64,000 bases of DNA from a phage: sequence record NC_100327.1; one strand, written 5' to 3'. The stretch's first letter is position 1; each line of letters starts with the position of its first letter. This document shows positions 24,718-34,590 of the stretch, in pieces. The notes beneath the pieces are model-generated. The model did not search any database. It was not told where the DNA came from and saw only the letters and a program-made list of their open reading frames with translations. Both the position numbers and the translations under genes were made by a program.

Positions 24718-26790
24718 TTATGAGAAGTCTGGCGGGACAACATCTTCTACATACCCTTTCAGAGCAACCTGCCCCATATGAAGCACGGTAGAATCTCTAG
24801 CGGTAACAGTGATGCTGTCAGACATTACTTGCGGGTATGCCCACACATACTGTTTTACCTCAGGGTATCTATACTCTATAGTTGCCATGTTTCCGCAAAT
24901 ACATCTCCATAAAAATTCTTGGTAATTCCTAGTTGGGTCGTAACCATATACCGGAGCAAGCTCTTTACTAGGAACGAACCCTGTAAGGTATTGTATTTCA
25001 GACGGTTGCCAACCTAACTTAACGATAGGTATGTTTACAGACTCTTTTGCCTTTTCAATACCTCCCTGCATCACCCAATCGTAGCACTCGGTGCAGAAGA
25101 AATCAAGAGCACCTGCTTCCTTTTTATATTGGTCAGCAAGGTTAAGCTTTTGCGTAAGCTCGGTTTCCATAATGGTTGGGAAAAACAGCAGAGCTGTCAT
25201 CTGAGCTGATGCAGCGTGTGCCTTTATTGCCTTTGAAATAGCAGCAATACGAGCGCCAAGCTTACCACGACAAAATGCTACATACTTATCGTAAACACCG
25301 CCAGTTTTAGGATCGTCAATAGTCCCAATATCTAATGCATACTCGCCTGTCTCATCATAAAACGCCTGTTTTGTAGGGTAATCATAAATACAAGGTCTAC
25401 GAGTATCGGTATTGTACCACCACCACGGTTCACCAACCTGCATAATCACTGGCAGGTTGTTTCTCATAGCGGCTGATGCAAAATTCTTAAATACTGCAGT
25501 AAGGAAATTCATACCCTCTTCAATGGTTGGAGACAGGAGGTAGCTACAAGGTGTATACCCTGTTTTAGCGTAGTTATCGTTCCAGTCTCTTTGGGTCCAT
25601 TCCAACGGGCAGGCATCGCTGAAAAGCTCAAAACTTACAGATTGCATAACGTCGAAGTTATGTCGTTTGGCATTGTACATAAAATCATCATGCCATTTAT
25701 AAGCTGCAGCGTTTAGCGCTCCTGTTCTGTTTATAGACCATTGGGTTCCTGACCATGTGTAGTCATAATAATGACTCATACCAACATAATGGTTTATGGT
25801 TCCGGTATAGCCCAGACGCTTGATATTGTTCAACACCCTTAAAGGGGACACGTTCCACATATCGTCATATGCGGTGCAGATCCCAACGTCGTGCTCTCTC
25901 ACCTGGATATTATTAAGTTGCATCATTTTCCAGCCTGTGTCTGGCTGAAGCAGATCTAGGCGCAACTCACACTCTACATTTTCCGTTCTTGGATCTGTGC
26001 TATTACTTACCCAGTCTTTAGGCATAAGTGGTATTAAAATCCTTCTCACCTGCCGAGGATCAACACCCATCATGTTGTTGTTCTGGTCCATCCCGACGCA
26101 GTCCTCAAAATCAATATGAATTTCTGCAACATTTTTATCCTCTGAGATGCTGACAGCATATTGAGCTAAAGGAACATAGATGATTGTGCCATCAACAAGG
26201 TCTACAGTCATAATCATCTTTTCAGGAGTGGAGAAGTTGCTGGCGTTGGTTATTGACATTCTGAACCAAAGCTTGGTGTTTCTCATCTCATAGTGATCAT
26301 CAAACCCAATACCGAAATGGTCATACTTGTCAACTGTTTCCCAAATGCACCCAGCCATACCTCCATATGTTCTTGACACTAAACGGTTAATACAACAGTT
26401 GTTATCTGCAACAATACAGGTACTTTCAGTCTGCTGAGTGGTTGTAACCCAATATCTTGGGTGAAACATTCTCTCCTCAACAGTATCCCAAGATATCCTG
26501 TCAAGATTCTCATCTGAAACTATTGTACATTTCGCCCTTTGTGTTCCAATCATCACTCCTTGAGATTTTGATGAAAACTCCATAAAGAAGCTTCTTGGCA
26601 ACCTGTTGGGTAATTTGTCAACAATTTCCACTGGGATCTCAATACTGGTTGCCCCAACTGGGATAGTTACATCGCCCTCAACATGATCATAATCTCTACC
26701 AGGAACGGCAGTATCCTGAACTGTGCGGTAATGAAACTGTGCAGCCATTGTAGAGTAATCACGGTAAGGTTTAAAAACAGCTGTTGCCAT
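24718..26790 (-). CDS. tail-associated protein with N-terminal Calx-beta-like domain and possible enzymatic domain
   Basis: 690 aa; GRDYDHVEGDVTIPVGATSIEIPVEIV resembles Calx-beta motif; Trp/Tyr-rich C-terminal domain. Confidence 0.4.
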   Translation of the reverse strand: MATAVFKPYRDYSTMAAQFHYRTVQDTAVPGRDYDHVEGDVTIPVGATSIEIPVEIVDKLPNRLPRSFFMEFSSKSQGVMIGTQRAKCTIVSDENLDRISWDTVEERMFHPRYWVTTTQQTESTCIVADNNCCINRLVSRTYGGMAGCIWETVDKYDHFGIGFDDHYEMRNTKLWFRMSITNASNFSTPEKMIMTVDLVDGTIIYVPLAQYAVSISEDKNVAEIHIDFEDCVGMDQNNNMMGVDPRQVRRILIPLMPKDWVSNSTDPRTENVECELRLDLLQPDTGWKMMQLNNIQVREHDVGICTAYDDMWNVSPLRVLNNIKRLGYTGTINHYVGMSHYYDYTWSGTQWSINRTGALNAAAYKWHDDFMYNAKRHNFDVMQSVSFELFSDACPLEWTQRDWNDNYAKTGYTPCSYLLSPTIEEGMNFLTAVFKNFASAAMRNNLPVIMQVGEPWWWYNTDTRRPCIYDYPTKQAFYDETGEYALDIGTIDDPKTGGVYDKYVAFCRGKLGARIAAISKAIKAHAASAQMTALLFFPTIMETELTQKLNLADQYKKEAGALDFFCTECYDWVMQGGIEKAKESVNIPIVKLGWQPSEIQYLTGFVPSKELAPVYGYDPTRNYQEFLWRCICGNMATIEYRYPEVKQYVWAYPQVMSDSITVTARDSTVLHMGQVALKGYVEDVVPPDFS

Positions 26791-27476
26791 TAACCCTCCT
26801 GTCTAGTTGCGTTTACTGTAATACTTTCACAATAAATGGTTGTGGTGTCCCAATCAGGTCTTACGTCAGGAACATATAGCAAAGTAGCCAGCCCACCAAC
26901 TCCGAATTGGTTTTCTTCCCACACTGATCCGAAGCCCAGAGCTGTAGAGTCCCCTTCAAAACCAAAAGCTTGCCCTTGCGATTCTGTAAGACGCAAATGA
27001 CAAGGCAATGGTAGCATATCTAAGATCTGATCGATAGACTGCAATATGTCAAAGCAAGTTTTTCTAATATTTATGTCAAACCTGAAGTTGTCTCCTTTCC
27101 ACGTATCGAAATTGTCTCTTCCGAACAATTGTCGCAAGGTGGAGATGACATCTTCGCGAGTCCCGCCCCTTGATGCTGCGGCCTGCTGAATAATTAGTGT
27201 GGCACGAAAATCAGCATCTGAAAGTCCATTCCTAAGAATACCAAGTTGATTACCAACTTCGTCAAGGTATCTTCCGCTGGCATTGTTAAGCAATCTTCCT
27301 TCAGCCAAACCTACCAGCATCTTATCAACATCCTCCAACCTTTTAAGGTATACGGTTAAGAATGTGACTAAATTAACCTTCTCAGCCAGAAAATCTCCAG
27401 GTAGGTAGTCAAGACCTCCCTGAACAAAATCTGGCAGAGTGTGGATGTGGTTAACATCCGACTTAATCTCTGCCAT
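26790..27476 (-). CDS. baseplate protein (gpI-like position)
   Basis: 228 aa immediately downstream of J-like wedge gene; position-based. Confidence 0.35.
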   Translation of the reverse strand: MAEIKSDVNHIHTLPDFVQGGLDYLPGDFLAEKVNLVTFLTVYLKRLEDVDKMLVGLAEGRLLNNASGRYLDEVGNQLGILRNGLSDADFRATLIIQQAAASRGGTREDVISTLRQLFGRDNFDTWKGDNFRFDINIRKTCFDILQSIDQILDMLPLPCHLRLTESQGQAFGFEGDSTALGFGSVWEENQFGVGGLATLLYVPDVRPDWDTTTIYCESITVNATRQEG

Positions 27477-27487
27477 ATCTCGACGCC

Positions 27488-28978
27488 TTAAATAGTTTGT
27501 TGGAAAGTTATATTACTTTCGTCGAGGTCAAACACCTCGGTCATGTTCGCAACAATATCGTTTGTAGTGTAAGCTTCATCAGAAGCTCCTACGGATTTAA
27601 CTTGAATTACCAGTCTATTAAATCTGCCTATTGACACAGCAGCGGATGCAGCACCGACCAATTGGATATTGTATAACGTATCTGCAACATCCAGTCCGTT
27701 AACAACCTGCAAAAGAGCCTCTACAATGGCATCTTTTTCGGTTGTGGAAAGCGCAGCACCGGAGTAGGTAATTCTTACATCCAAGCGGTAGGTATTTGCC
27801 TTGGAGTAATAAATTCTTTCAGTTTGACCGTCAGATGTAGTGACATCGTAGAAAATATTACCATAAGTCCTGTTCGTACAGGCTATAGTTTGGTAAAGTG
27901 CTTGGCAAATGTCCTCCGTTGCACCACCAAACACAACCACTTGGAACTTGTAAGGAGGTATACCTTTAGCATCAGTTTTATCAGTGTTGTTGGAGAACAC
28001 TCTCACTTTCTCAACACCTTTCACCTCGCTTACAGCGCTAAGGATTGCAGGACGGGTAGCCTTCGATGTTAACTGTTTTGTGCTGGAAGCTCTTAAGCGA
28101 TACTCTGAGTCTTTCTCAACATCCCTGCCCTCATTGAATCTTTCTCTGTTGGTAAGCTTGATAAATCCACTGGGAGTAGGTGACATTGTTGTCACGGTTT
28201 CTGCCTCTCTTGACAGCTCACCAGCCTCGTTAGCGATAACATCTAGGGTGATAGTTCTTTCCCCTACAATCGGAGATACTCTGAAATCTACCCTACTATT
28301 AAGTCCAACTTGATCAAGATTCGAATTGTACCCTATCCACAACGTTCCTGTCAACATATCGATCTGAATCAAATCGTCGTTCAACAGGGTTGTATTATCG
28401 ACAATGAACTGCTTAATCTCTCCGTAAAAGCTTGGCAGATCAGAGGAGTCCAGAGACTTATCTGTTAAAACCAGACTTTTTGTTTTGATACTTCCATCTG
28501 TCTGGTTGGTGATTTGAAAGTTGTATTTACCAATCCTTAGGTCTGGAGCATTTATTCTGTGGGCAATAAGATTCCCTGCCACCTGCACATCATTGCTAAG
28601 AACAAAGTTGCCACTATCCAGCGTATAAGTTTTGGAATCATAAATCATATTGTACGGCACAGTTGTGTTGATTGTCAACTGGCAGGTACCTGATGATTTA
28701 GAACGGCCTCTTCGGTAAATACCCTGTCTTCCAAGAAGCTCATCCAGGTAAATACCTTCTGCCCCATACAGCGTCTGTGATGCGTATACAGATGCTGCCA
28801 TAAGAATAAGTTGATACTCTCGCTCGTTGAAGATAGTGGTCAGCTTATCTGCAACGGAGTTACTCTGTACGTTGAAGTTTTCGCCAAAAGCACGGATCAG
28901 GCTTTGCTTAGTTTCAACGATTAGGTCATTTAGGGTTGGTATAACGAAACCAGCCTCTGTCAATCCATACTTAGCCAC
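27488..28978 (-). CDS. baseplate wedge protein (baseplate J-like)
   Basis: 496 aa; size and gene order match P2 gpJ/T4 gp6-type wedge subunits. Confidence 0.4.
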   Translation of the reverse strand: MAKYGLTEAGFVIPTLNDLIVETKQSLIRAFGENFNVQSNSVADKLTTIFNEREYQLILMAASVYASQTLYGAEGIYLDELLGRQGIYRRGRSKSSGTCQLTINTTVPYNMIYDSKTYTLDSGNFVLSNDVQVAGNLIAHRINAPDLRIGKYNFQITNQTDGSIKTKSLVLTDKSLDSSDLPSFYGEIKQFIVDNTTLLNDDLIQIDMLTGTLWIGYNSNLDQVGLNSRVDFRVSPIVGERTITLDVIANEAGELSREAETVTTMSPTPSGFIKLTNRERFNEGRDVEKDSEYRLRASSTKQLTSKATRPAILSAVSEVKGVEKVRVFSNNTDKTDAKGIPPYKFQVVVFGGATEDICQALYQTIACTNRTYGNIFYDVTTSDGQTERIYYSKANTYRLDVRITYSGAALSTTEKDAIVEALLQVVNGLDVADTLYNIQLVGAASAAVSIGRFNRLVIQVKSVGASDEAYTTNDIVANMTEVFDLDESNITFQQTI

Positions 28979-29049
28979 GTCACTCCTCCGGTATGAAAAT
29001 CTCTACAAGGTATTTTACCAAATTTTGTAACAATAGTCAATCTGAGCAT

Positions 29050-29076
29050 AAAAATAAACCCCGCCGAAGCGGGGCT
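29050..29076 (-). terminator. rho-independent terminator
   Basis: CCCCGC-CGAA-GCGGGG hairpin with U-run on minus strand, just downstream of stop at 29084. Confidence 0.6.
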
Positions 29077-29083
29077 TTAAAGG

Positions 29084-32000
29084 TTAGTCGTGAGACTCGT
29101 TCCAAGGTCCCTGGAAGCTAGAGTTTGAACGACTTACTATCACAGTAGGACAGGAAATTGTGACACCTGTCACGCTCGACGTTGACCACGGTGTGTAAAT
29201 CTCGATAACAATGTCTATAGTTTGTTCACCAAGACCTGTTATCCCTACCGCACACATGCCGTTGTTGTCGTTAAAATACTTCTTGCCAGCAAGGATCTGA
29301 TGACCAGCTATCCATGCATTCAGTTGGGAGCTGGCAAGAGTACCATTCAGTTTAAAGAAGAATGTTACGTTCTTACCCTGACCTGAAACGTTATCTACGT
29401 ATCTCCACCTCCAACGGCAAACCCTTTGCTGGGAGTTATATACTGGAGCACAATCCCCGTAAGTCCTGTGTGCAACAATTGCACCTTCGAACTGGTTAGC
29501 ACGGATAACAGAAGCTTCTACACGACCACGGAAGGTACCTCCGGTTGCATCTATGGTGCCCCTAAAGCTACCATTATTGGCATAAACATCCCCACGGAAG
29601 GTACCACTAGTGGCGTTAACTGCCCCTGTGAAGTTACCAGAACTAGCGTTGATGTTGCCTTTCACCCACACATCCATAAATTGGGCGTGCCCGTTCTTGT
29701 TAATATACCAACCGTATTTATGGTACCCGTTGCCATCGTAGTTGTTTGACGAAATTTCTTGTGCAATCTTAGCAGAGGAGATCGTGCCATTCTCTATAAA
29801 AGCGTCTTTCAAGAACGCTTGGTTGTTCTTGATTGCGAAAGCAAGGGTTGCTGTTCCATTGCCAGGGTTGTATACCGCAAAATTGTTTGCGCTAACCATG
29901 AAGTAGGATTGAACTTGGCCTCCAGACCCTTCCATCCCCAACTGAATACCTGCAACATATTTATTCCCTGCGGAGTCTACCTGTATTTTTGTGCCCCATT
30001 GAGCATTTACTTTACCCTCTAAGTCGGTTACAGCCTTAGATGTTGTAGCTACTGCAGCCCTGATCTCAGACACATCCCCAACATCATCAATGATCTCCTG
30101 CTTAGCAACAGCAAGTTCTTGACGAATAGCTGACGCTGTGCCGTTGATAAGGTCCACAGTGGCTTTATTGGTATCGGAAATTGTAGCATCCAGCGCTGTT
30201 TTTGTGGAGGTCAGTTTTCCATCCAAAGCATCAATCGCTTGCTTGTTGGTAGAAATCTCCCCACGTGCAGAAGTTATCTGCTCTGACAGTGCAGATGTTT
30301 TCTGATTCAACAAGTCAGTGGTGGCCTTGTTGGTATTGGCAATCAAGGTGTTGAGGTCAGTTTTTGCGGTAGTTATCTTGCCGTCAAGGGTGGTATAGTT
30401 TTTAGATACCGTCGCGTTTGTCTGACTAATCTTTTGATCCAGAGTTTCAGATGTCCTGTTCAAAAGATCCACAGTGGCCTGGTTAGTGCTCAAGATGCTT
30501 GCGTCAAGTTCTGTTCTCTGAGTATTGATCTTACCATCCAGAGTTTTATCTCCGGCTAAATACCCGCTCTCAACTCCCTCTATCTGCTCTACCAGCTCAC
30601 CTTTGGCGGCAACCAATTTCTCATCTAAAGCCTCTGTCTTTTTGTTCAGAAGATCAGTAGTTGCTTTATTGGTTGTCTCAATCAGGGATGCCAATCTTCC
30701 ACTTTCAGTGTTCAGATCGTTGGTGAACTTGTTCTGTGCAGCAACAAGTTTCCTATCCAGCGCTGTGATATTGCCATTGACATCCTCAAACTTCTGAGTT
30801 GTCTCTGTAACTACCGCACCTATTCTGTCTCCAAGTTGCTGGAATGCCTCATCTACCCTACCATCCATGTACCTGTTAAGTTCTGTGACACGATTTTCAA
30901 CCTCTTCAATAGAGGAATCCAAAGTGCTCATCAACTCTTTATAAGTTTCTGTCTTTTTGAATTCAGCATCTATCTGAGGCATCAAATCCTCAATAGAGGT
31001 GTAGCAGCGTGCAGCGCATTCTACAAACTGAGAACTACCAAAAGCGTTTGTGGTTCGAATATACCAATAATAAACCTTATCGTTCTGCAGACCTTCAGAT
31101 GTCCAAGTTGAACCAACACCCATACGGGTGGCGTTTGAAGTAACGGTTGCATCACTGGTGTCGGGCAACCTTGTCATACCGGATGTCCAAAAGTCATACT
31201 GGGTGCTAACACTTGCTAAATCCCTACTATGCGGAATCAAGGTGATAGCAAAGTATCCTTGCTTAACCTCTACAGAAACCGGAGCTTCAGGTGCCTGAAT
31301 GTTAAACTCACAATACGCTTCTGGAGATACACCACCTTTATAAGATGTTGCAACAACAGTGGCTGTGTAGGAACCTTTAGTCAGACCTTCAACACGGACA
31401 AACTGCTCAACTGTCTGTGCTGTCCAAACAATCTCTCCGTTCTTTCTTACCTGCACAATATTTTGAGCGTAAGTCCCAACGTTGTCCCAGGCCAAAACAC
31501 CGTGAGTTACTTCCCCAGCTTGGAGAACGGAGTATCTGAAGTTTTGCGGCTGAGCTACACCGGACGGGGATATCGGAATATCTACATCGCCGGAATCCGG
31601 AAGTTGCCCTGTGGCATCATTCCACTCTTTAGCATCTTGACGAAGTTTTACCTTGACACCGCCCTTTTTGGTGAACTCCCATTCAAGAACCCTCATTTCT
31701 TGGCCCACGATACCAATACTTGGGAGGTCCATTGTAACATAACGGCCAGGCTTAAATTTAAAACCTCGCATATTGCAGGTGACTTCAATAATCCTGCCAG
31801 CTCTAGCACGTCTTAGGAAGATTGCAGAAACACGCTGAGCTTGATAAGGACTGGTAACAAAGCGATAATCTATATCGATTATCTTTCTTTCTCCATCCTT
31901 CTCTACCCACTCTGGGACAAATACTGATGGAAAATCTGTTTCAGAATACCCTTTAGTCGGACTGGTGAATCTGCCAGTTATTGTGTTGGATCTTTTGTCA

Positions 32001-32923
32001 AACGAGGCTTCCGGATAGATCTTGACCTCACCACAGACACAGTCCTCACTCAGTGTCATTGTTGCCGGACCATAATATGCACCTACCAGCAGTCCATACT
32101 TACCAGCTACATAGCTGAGATCTGCACCACAAGCTTTCAGCATTTCTGCCATAATACTTGCTGGGGCCTCATCCATATCGAACTCGCCATTAATGGTGTA
32201 ACGGCGCTCACTGGTTCCGTCTGCGTTTTTTACCGCCTCGTCGCATATGTTGGCAGCCTCCTTGAAGGACTCCCAGTTGATGGTTTCGTCAGGACATTTA
32301 AGGTACGTTCTTAAATAGTCTAGGATCACCAAGGCAGCGTTATTGGTGTACACCTCTTTACTGATACGAGGATCATAGCATTTTTTACCAATCTTGACGA
32401 GTGTAACGTTTGGCAACCCAAAAGGAAACTTGTTAGGGTCAAACCTGAAGCTGGCACGTAGCCAACTGATCCCTCTACCTATCATGTCAGGTGACCATGA
32501 TGGGCAGTGTGTACCCATGAAAGGATCAGATGTTTTTCTGTCGTTATGTAGCTCCCACGATACCAGATCTCCATACGAGGAAATAGGATTACCGTCGATA
32601 AGTATATCTTCTATACCTTCCAGAGGGTGATTGGCAAGAACAATAGCACAATGGAGGGTTCTGTCGCTATCCTGCTCCAAAAACGCAAGCAATCCAGATG
32701 TGCGTGTCTTTCCATACACTACAGAGCAAGGTGCAGCAGAAGATCTGAGAAGCTTTTGTCTATCTTGCTGACTTCTGTAAGATTTGTTGCCCTCAAAAAT
32801 CTTATCCAAAGTTCTGGTGGTCACAGTGTTCAGGCTGTCAGCCAGAGCTGCCTTGGATGCGTTCCAGTCATAACTTGAAGATCTTGCAGAAGCAACGATG
32901 TTATCAATCATTGCAATTGGCAT
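29084..32923 (-). CDS. large tail fibre or tail tip protein with FN3-like domains, long coiled-coil repeat region and Gly-rich C-terminal repeats
   Basis: 1279 aa; ~35-aa degenerate repeats (D..K..T..T.LD..I..TN.AT.DLLN) spanning roughly residues 640-960; C-terminal GTFRG repeats. Confidence 0.55.
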   Translation of the reverse strand: MPIAMIDNIVASARSSSYDWNASKAALADSLNTVTTRTLDKIFEGNKSYRSQQDRQKLLRSSAAPCSVVYGKTRTSGLLAFLEQDSDRTLHCAIVLANHPLEGIEDILIDGNPISSYGDLVSWELHNDRKTSDPFMGTHCPSWSPDMIGRGISWLRASFRFDPNKFPFGLPNVTLVKIGKKCYDPRISKEVYTNNAALVILDYLRTYLKCPDETINWESFKEAANICDEAVKNADGTSERRYTINGEFDMDEAPASIMAEMLKACGADLSYVAGKYGLLVGAYYGPATMTLSEDCVCGEVKIYPEASFDKRSNTITGRFTSPTKGYSETDFPSVFVPEWVEKDGERKIIDIDYRFVTSPYQAQRVSAIFLRRARAGRIIEVTCNMRGFKFKPGRYVTMDLPSIGIVGQEMRVLEWEFTKKGGVKVKLRQDAKEWNDATGQLPDSGDVDIPISPSGVAQPQNFRYSVLQAGEVTHGVLAWDNVGTYAQNIVQVRKNGEIVWTAQTVEQFVRVEGLTKGSYTATVVATSYKGGVSPEAYCEFNIQAPEAPVSVEVKQGYFAITLIPHSRDLASVSTQYDFWTSGMTRLPDTSDATVTSNATRMGVGSTWTSEGLQNDKVYYWYIRTTNAFGSSQFVECAARCYTSIEDLMPQIDAEFKKTETYKELMSTLDSSIEEVENRVTELNRYMDGRVDEAFQQLGDRIGAVVTETTQKFEDVNGNITALDRKLVAAQNKFTNDLNTESGRLASLIETTNKATTDLLNKKTEALDEKLVAAKGELVEQIEGVESGYLAGDKTLDGKINTQRTELDASILSTNQATVDLLNRTSETLDQKISQTNATVSKNYTTLDGKITTAKTDLNTLIANTNKATTDLLNQKTSALSEQITSARGEISTNKQAIDALDGKLTSTKTALDATISDTNKATVDLINGTASAIRQELAVAKQEIIDDVGDVSEIRAAVATTSKAVTDLEGKVNAQWGTKIQVDSAGNKYVAGIQLGMEGSGGQVQSYFMVSANNFAVYNPGNGTATLAFAIKNNQAFLKDAFIENGTISSAKIAQEISSNNYDGNGYHKYGWYINKNGHAQFMDVWVKGNINASSGNFTGAVNATSGTFRGDVYANNGSFRGTIDATGGTFRGRVEASVIRANQFEGAIVAHRTYGDCAPVYNSQQRVCRWRWRYVDNVSGQGKNVTFFFKLNGTLASSQLNAWIAGHQILAGKKYFNDNNGMCAVGITGLGEQTIDIVIEIYTPWSTSSVTGVTISCPTVIVSRSNSSFQGPWNESHD

Positions 32924-33360
32924 TAATACCTCCAGACATCAACAATGATAGAATCTTTCATGTCGAACATAAAGACCCCTTTATCACCTTTCGCCCAAAT
33001 CTGGTTGTTCCAGAACACACCAGCGGTGAGCCCGTTCAGACCTTCGAAAATAACAATATCGCCACGCTGAACCTGTTTAGGAGTATCCAGTCGAGTCATA
33101 AAGAGATCAAAAATAGTAGGCAGGTGTGTAGTTTTGAAACGAAGCATGCACCATCTTTTGCTTTCCAACTCTGTTTTATACGTTCCTTCGAAGTTGGAAA
33201 GAAAATCTGTTCCGTATTGGGCATCAACACACTTAGCCGCAAAGGTGCAACAATCGTGGAATCCCCATTCAAAAGGTATGGTGGCCTCTTCGTCAAACAC
33301 TTTCCACAATCTTTCTTGCCAATCCACTAAACGAGGGTGTGTGCTCATTAAACCTCCCAA
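32923..33360 (-). CDS. tail-associated protein, possible Cys/His peptidase
   Basis: 145 aa with FHDCC motif; adjacent to large fibre gene; weak inference. Confidence 0.3.
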   Translation of the reverse strand: MGGLMSTHPRLVDWQERLWKVFDEEATIPFEWGFHDCCTFAAKCVDAQYGTDFLSNFEGTYKTELESKRWCMLRFKTTHLPTIFDLFMTRLDTPKQVQRGDIVIFEGLNGLTAGVFWNNQIWAKGDKGVFMFDMKDSIIVDVWRY

Positions 33361-33914
33361 ATGATCGGGCGGCTCGCCACCTGATCCACATATTTAAAAA
33401 ATCTGTCATTATCGTTTCTTGAGCTGTGGCTTTCCTCCGTGTACCGATAAGGAAAACCTCTTAACCAACTGTTGAAGATGGAAGAGATGGATATGGACAA
33501 AGCACTATTCTCACCTGTCTGAATAGCCATATCTGTTATAAGGCCGTCAAACAAGCCATTAGTTGTGACAGGTAGACCATTCTCCATAGCGGTAATGTAC
33601 AACGTGGCACGACAACCAGAATACTCCGTCTTCAGCAGATCACCCACATACTTAGGATCAAACCCGTTCAATGTTGCTACCACAGATCCGAAGTTGGTGG
33701 CATCTTTCTCAGACACAGCAGTTAATGTTGCTGATCCCCCTATCCCTATAAAATGTTGCCCCTCAATTACTACAACACCAGTGCCTGAGCACACCCTGAC
33801 AGTTCCTGTCGGTAGCTCCAGCTTTGCAGCAATTAAGATCTCAACACCATCAAGCTCCAGCTTTTCAAGAAATAAATTATCTAATGGCGCTCTGATCATC
33901 TTAGAAATCCTCAA
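33348..33914 (-). CDS. minor tail protein
   Basis: 188-aa ORF in structural operon. Confidence 0.35.
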   Translation of the reverse strand: MRISKMIRAPLDNLFLEKLELDGVEILIAAKLELPTGTVRVCSGTGVVVIEGQHFIGIGGSATLTAVSEKDATNFGSVVATLNGFDPKYVGDLLKTEYSGCRATLYITAMENGLPVTTNGLFDGLITDMAIQTGENSALSISISSIFNSWLRGFPYRYTEESHSSRNDNDRFFKYVDQVASRPIIWEV

Positions 33915-34491
33915 AGAAGTTGATAACTATATTATCCCCTTTTTGCATAGCATCGACTTTTTGCTTAATTTTATAAATATCTCTGATATGAAACCTACCC
34001 TTCGGGGATTGAGTTATTATCTTCATAGTGTCCCCTGCGGCAATAGGTTTTCTAAGTCTTGGAGATATGCTTATAACAGCAGACCCAACACCATCGCTAC
34101 GCACTGGAGCTGTTACCACTTTCAATTCATCATTGACAGATATTTTATCCCCAGCTCTGGCTATGTCTCTGTTTGGCTCCCACCCAACCGTCTTCAAAAA
34201 ATCGTCGTTACCAGTAGGCCCAAGGGCGATTGGCTCATTAGCTGTAACTGAGTGACCGTAAGTTTTAATAAGAAAGATGTTTCCATCTTTATACACCTGA
34301 TCAACAAAGCTCTTAAGCTCTAACAACTGTGACTCGCTGATATTAGAGACCGTCAAAGTGCCTTTCCAATTAGGTGTGGCATAGGTTACTTTTTGCGTTT
34401 TACCTGTAAACGGACTTTTAAACGTAACAATATCTGCCAGCAGCTCCAATCTAATATCTGGAAGGTATCTAGGCCTTTCCCATAAAAACAT
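33901..34491 (-). CDS. minor tail protein
   Basis: 196-aa ORF in structural operon. Confidence 0.35.
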   Translation of the reverse strand: MFLWERPRYLPDIRLELLADIVTFKSPFTGKTQKVTYATPNWKGTLTVSNISESQLLELKSFVDQVYKDGNIFLIKTYGHSVTANEPIALGPTGNDDFLKTVGWEPNRDIARAGDKISVNDELKVVTAPVRSDGVGSAVISISPRLRKPIAAGDTMKIITQSPKGRFHIRDIYKIKQKVDAMQKGDNIVINFFEDF

Positions 34492-34552
34492 TGTGCCTCC
34501 GGGTTAAACAATCATGATAGTTATTTTACCAGATTTTGAGTTAATACGCAAT

Positions 34553-34583
34553 ACAAACAAAAAGCCCCCGCCGAAGCGAGGGC
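34553..34583 (-). terminator. rho-independent terminator
   Basis: GCCCTCGC-TTCG-GCGGGGGC hairpin on minus RNA followed by UUUUUGUUUG, downstream of stop at 34591. Confidence 0.55.
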
Positions 34584-34590
34584 AAAACAG

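Noticed and set aside
33565-34251. 228-codon plus-strand ORF
   Set aside because: Antisense to two minor tail genes and Ser/Pro-rich; no regulatory context.
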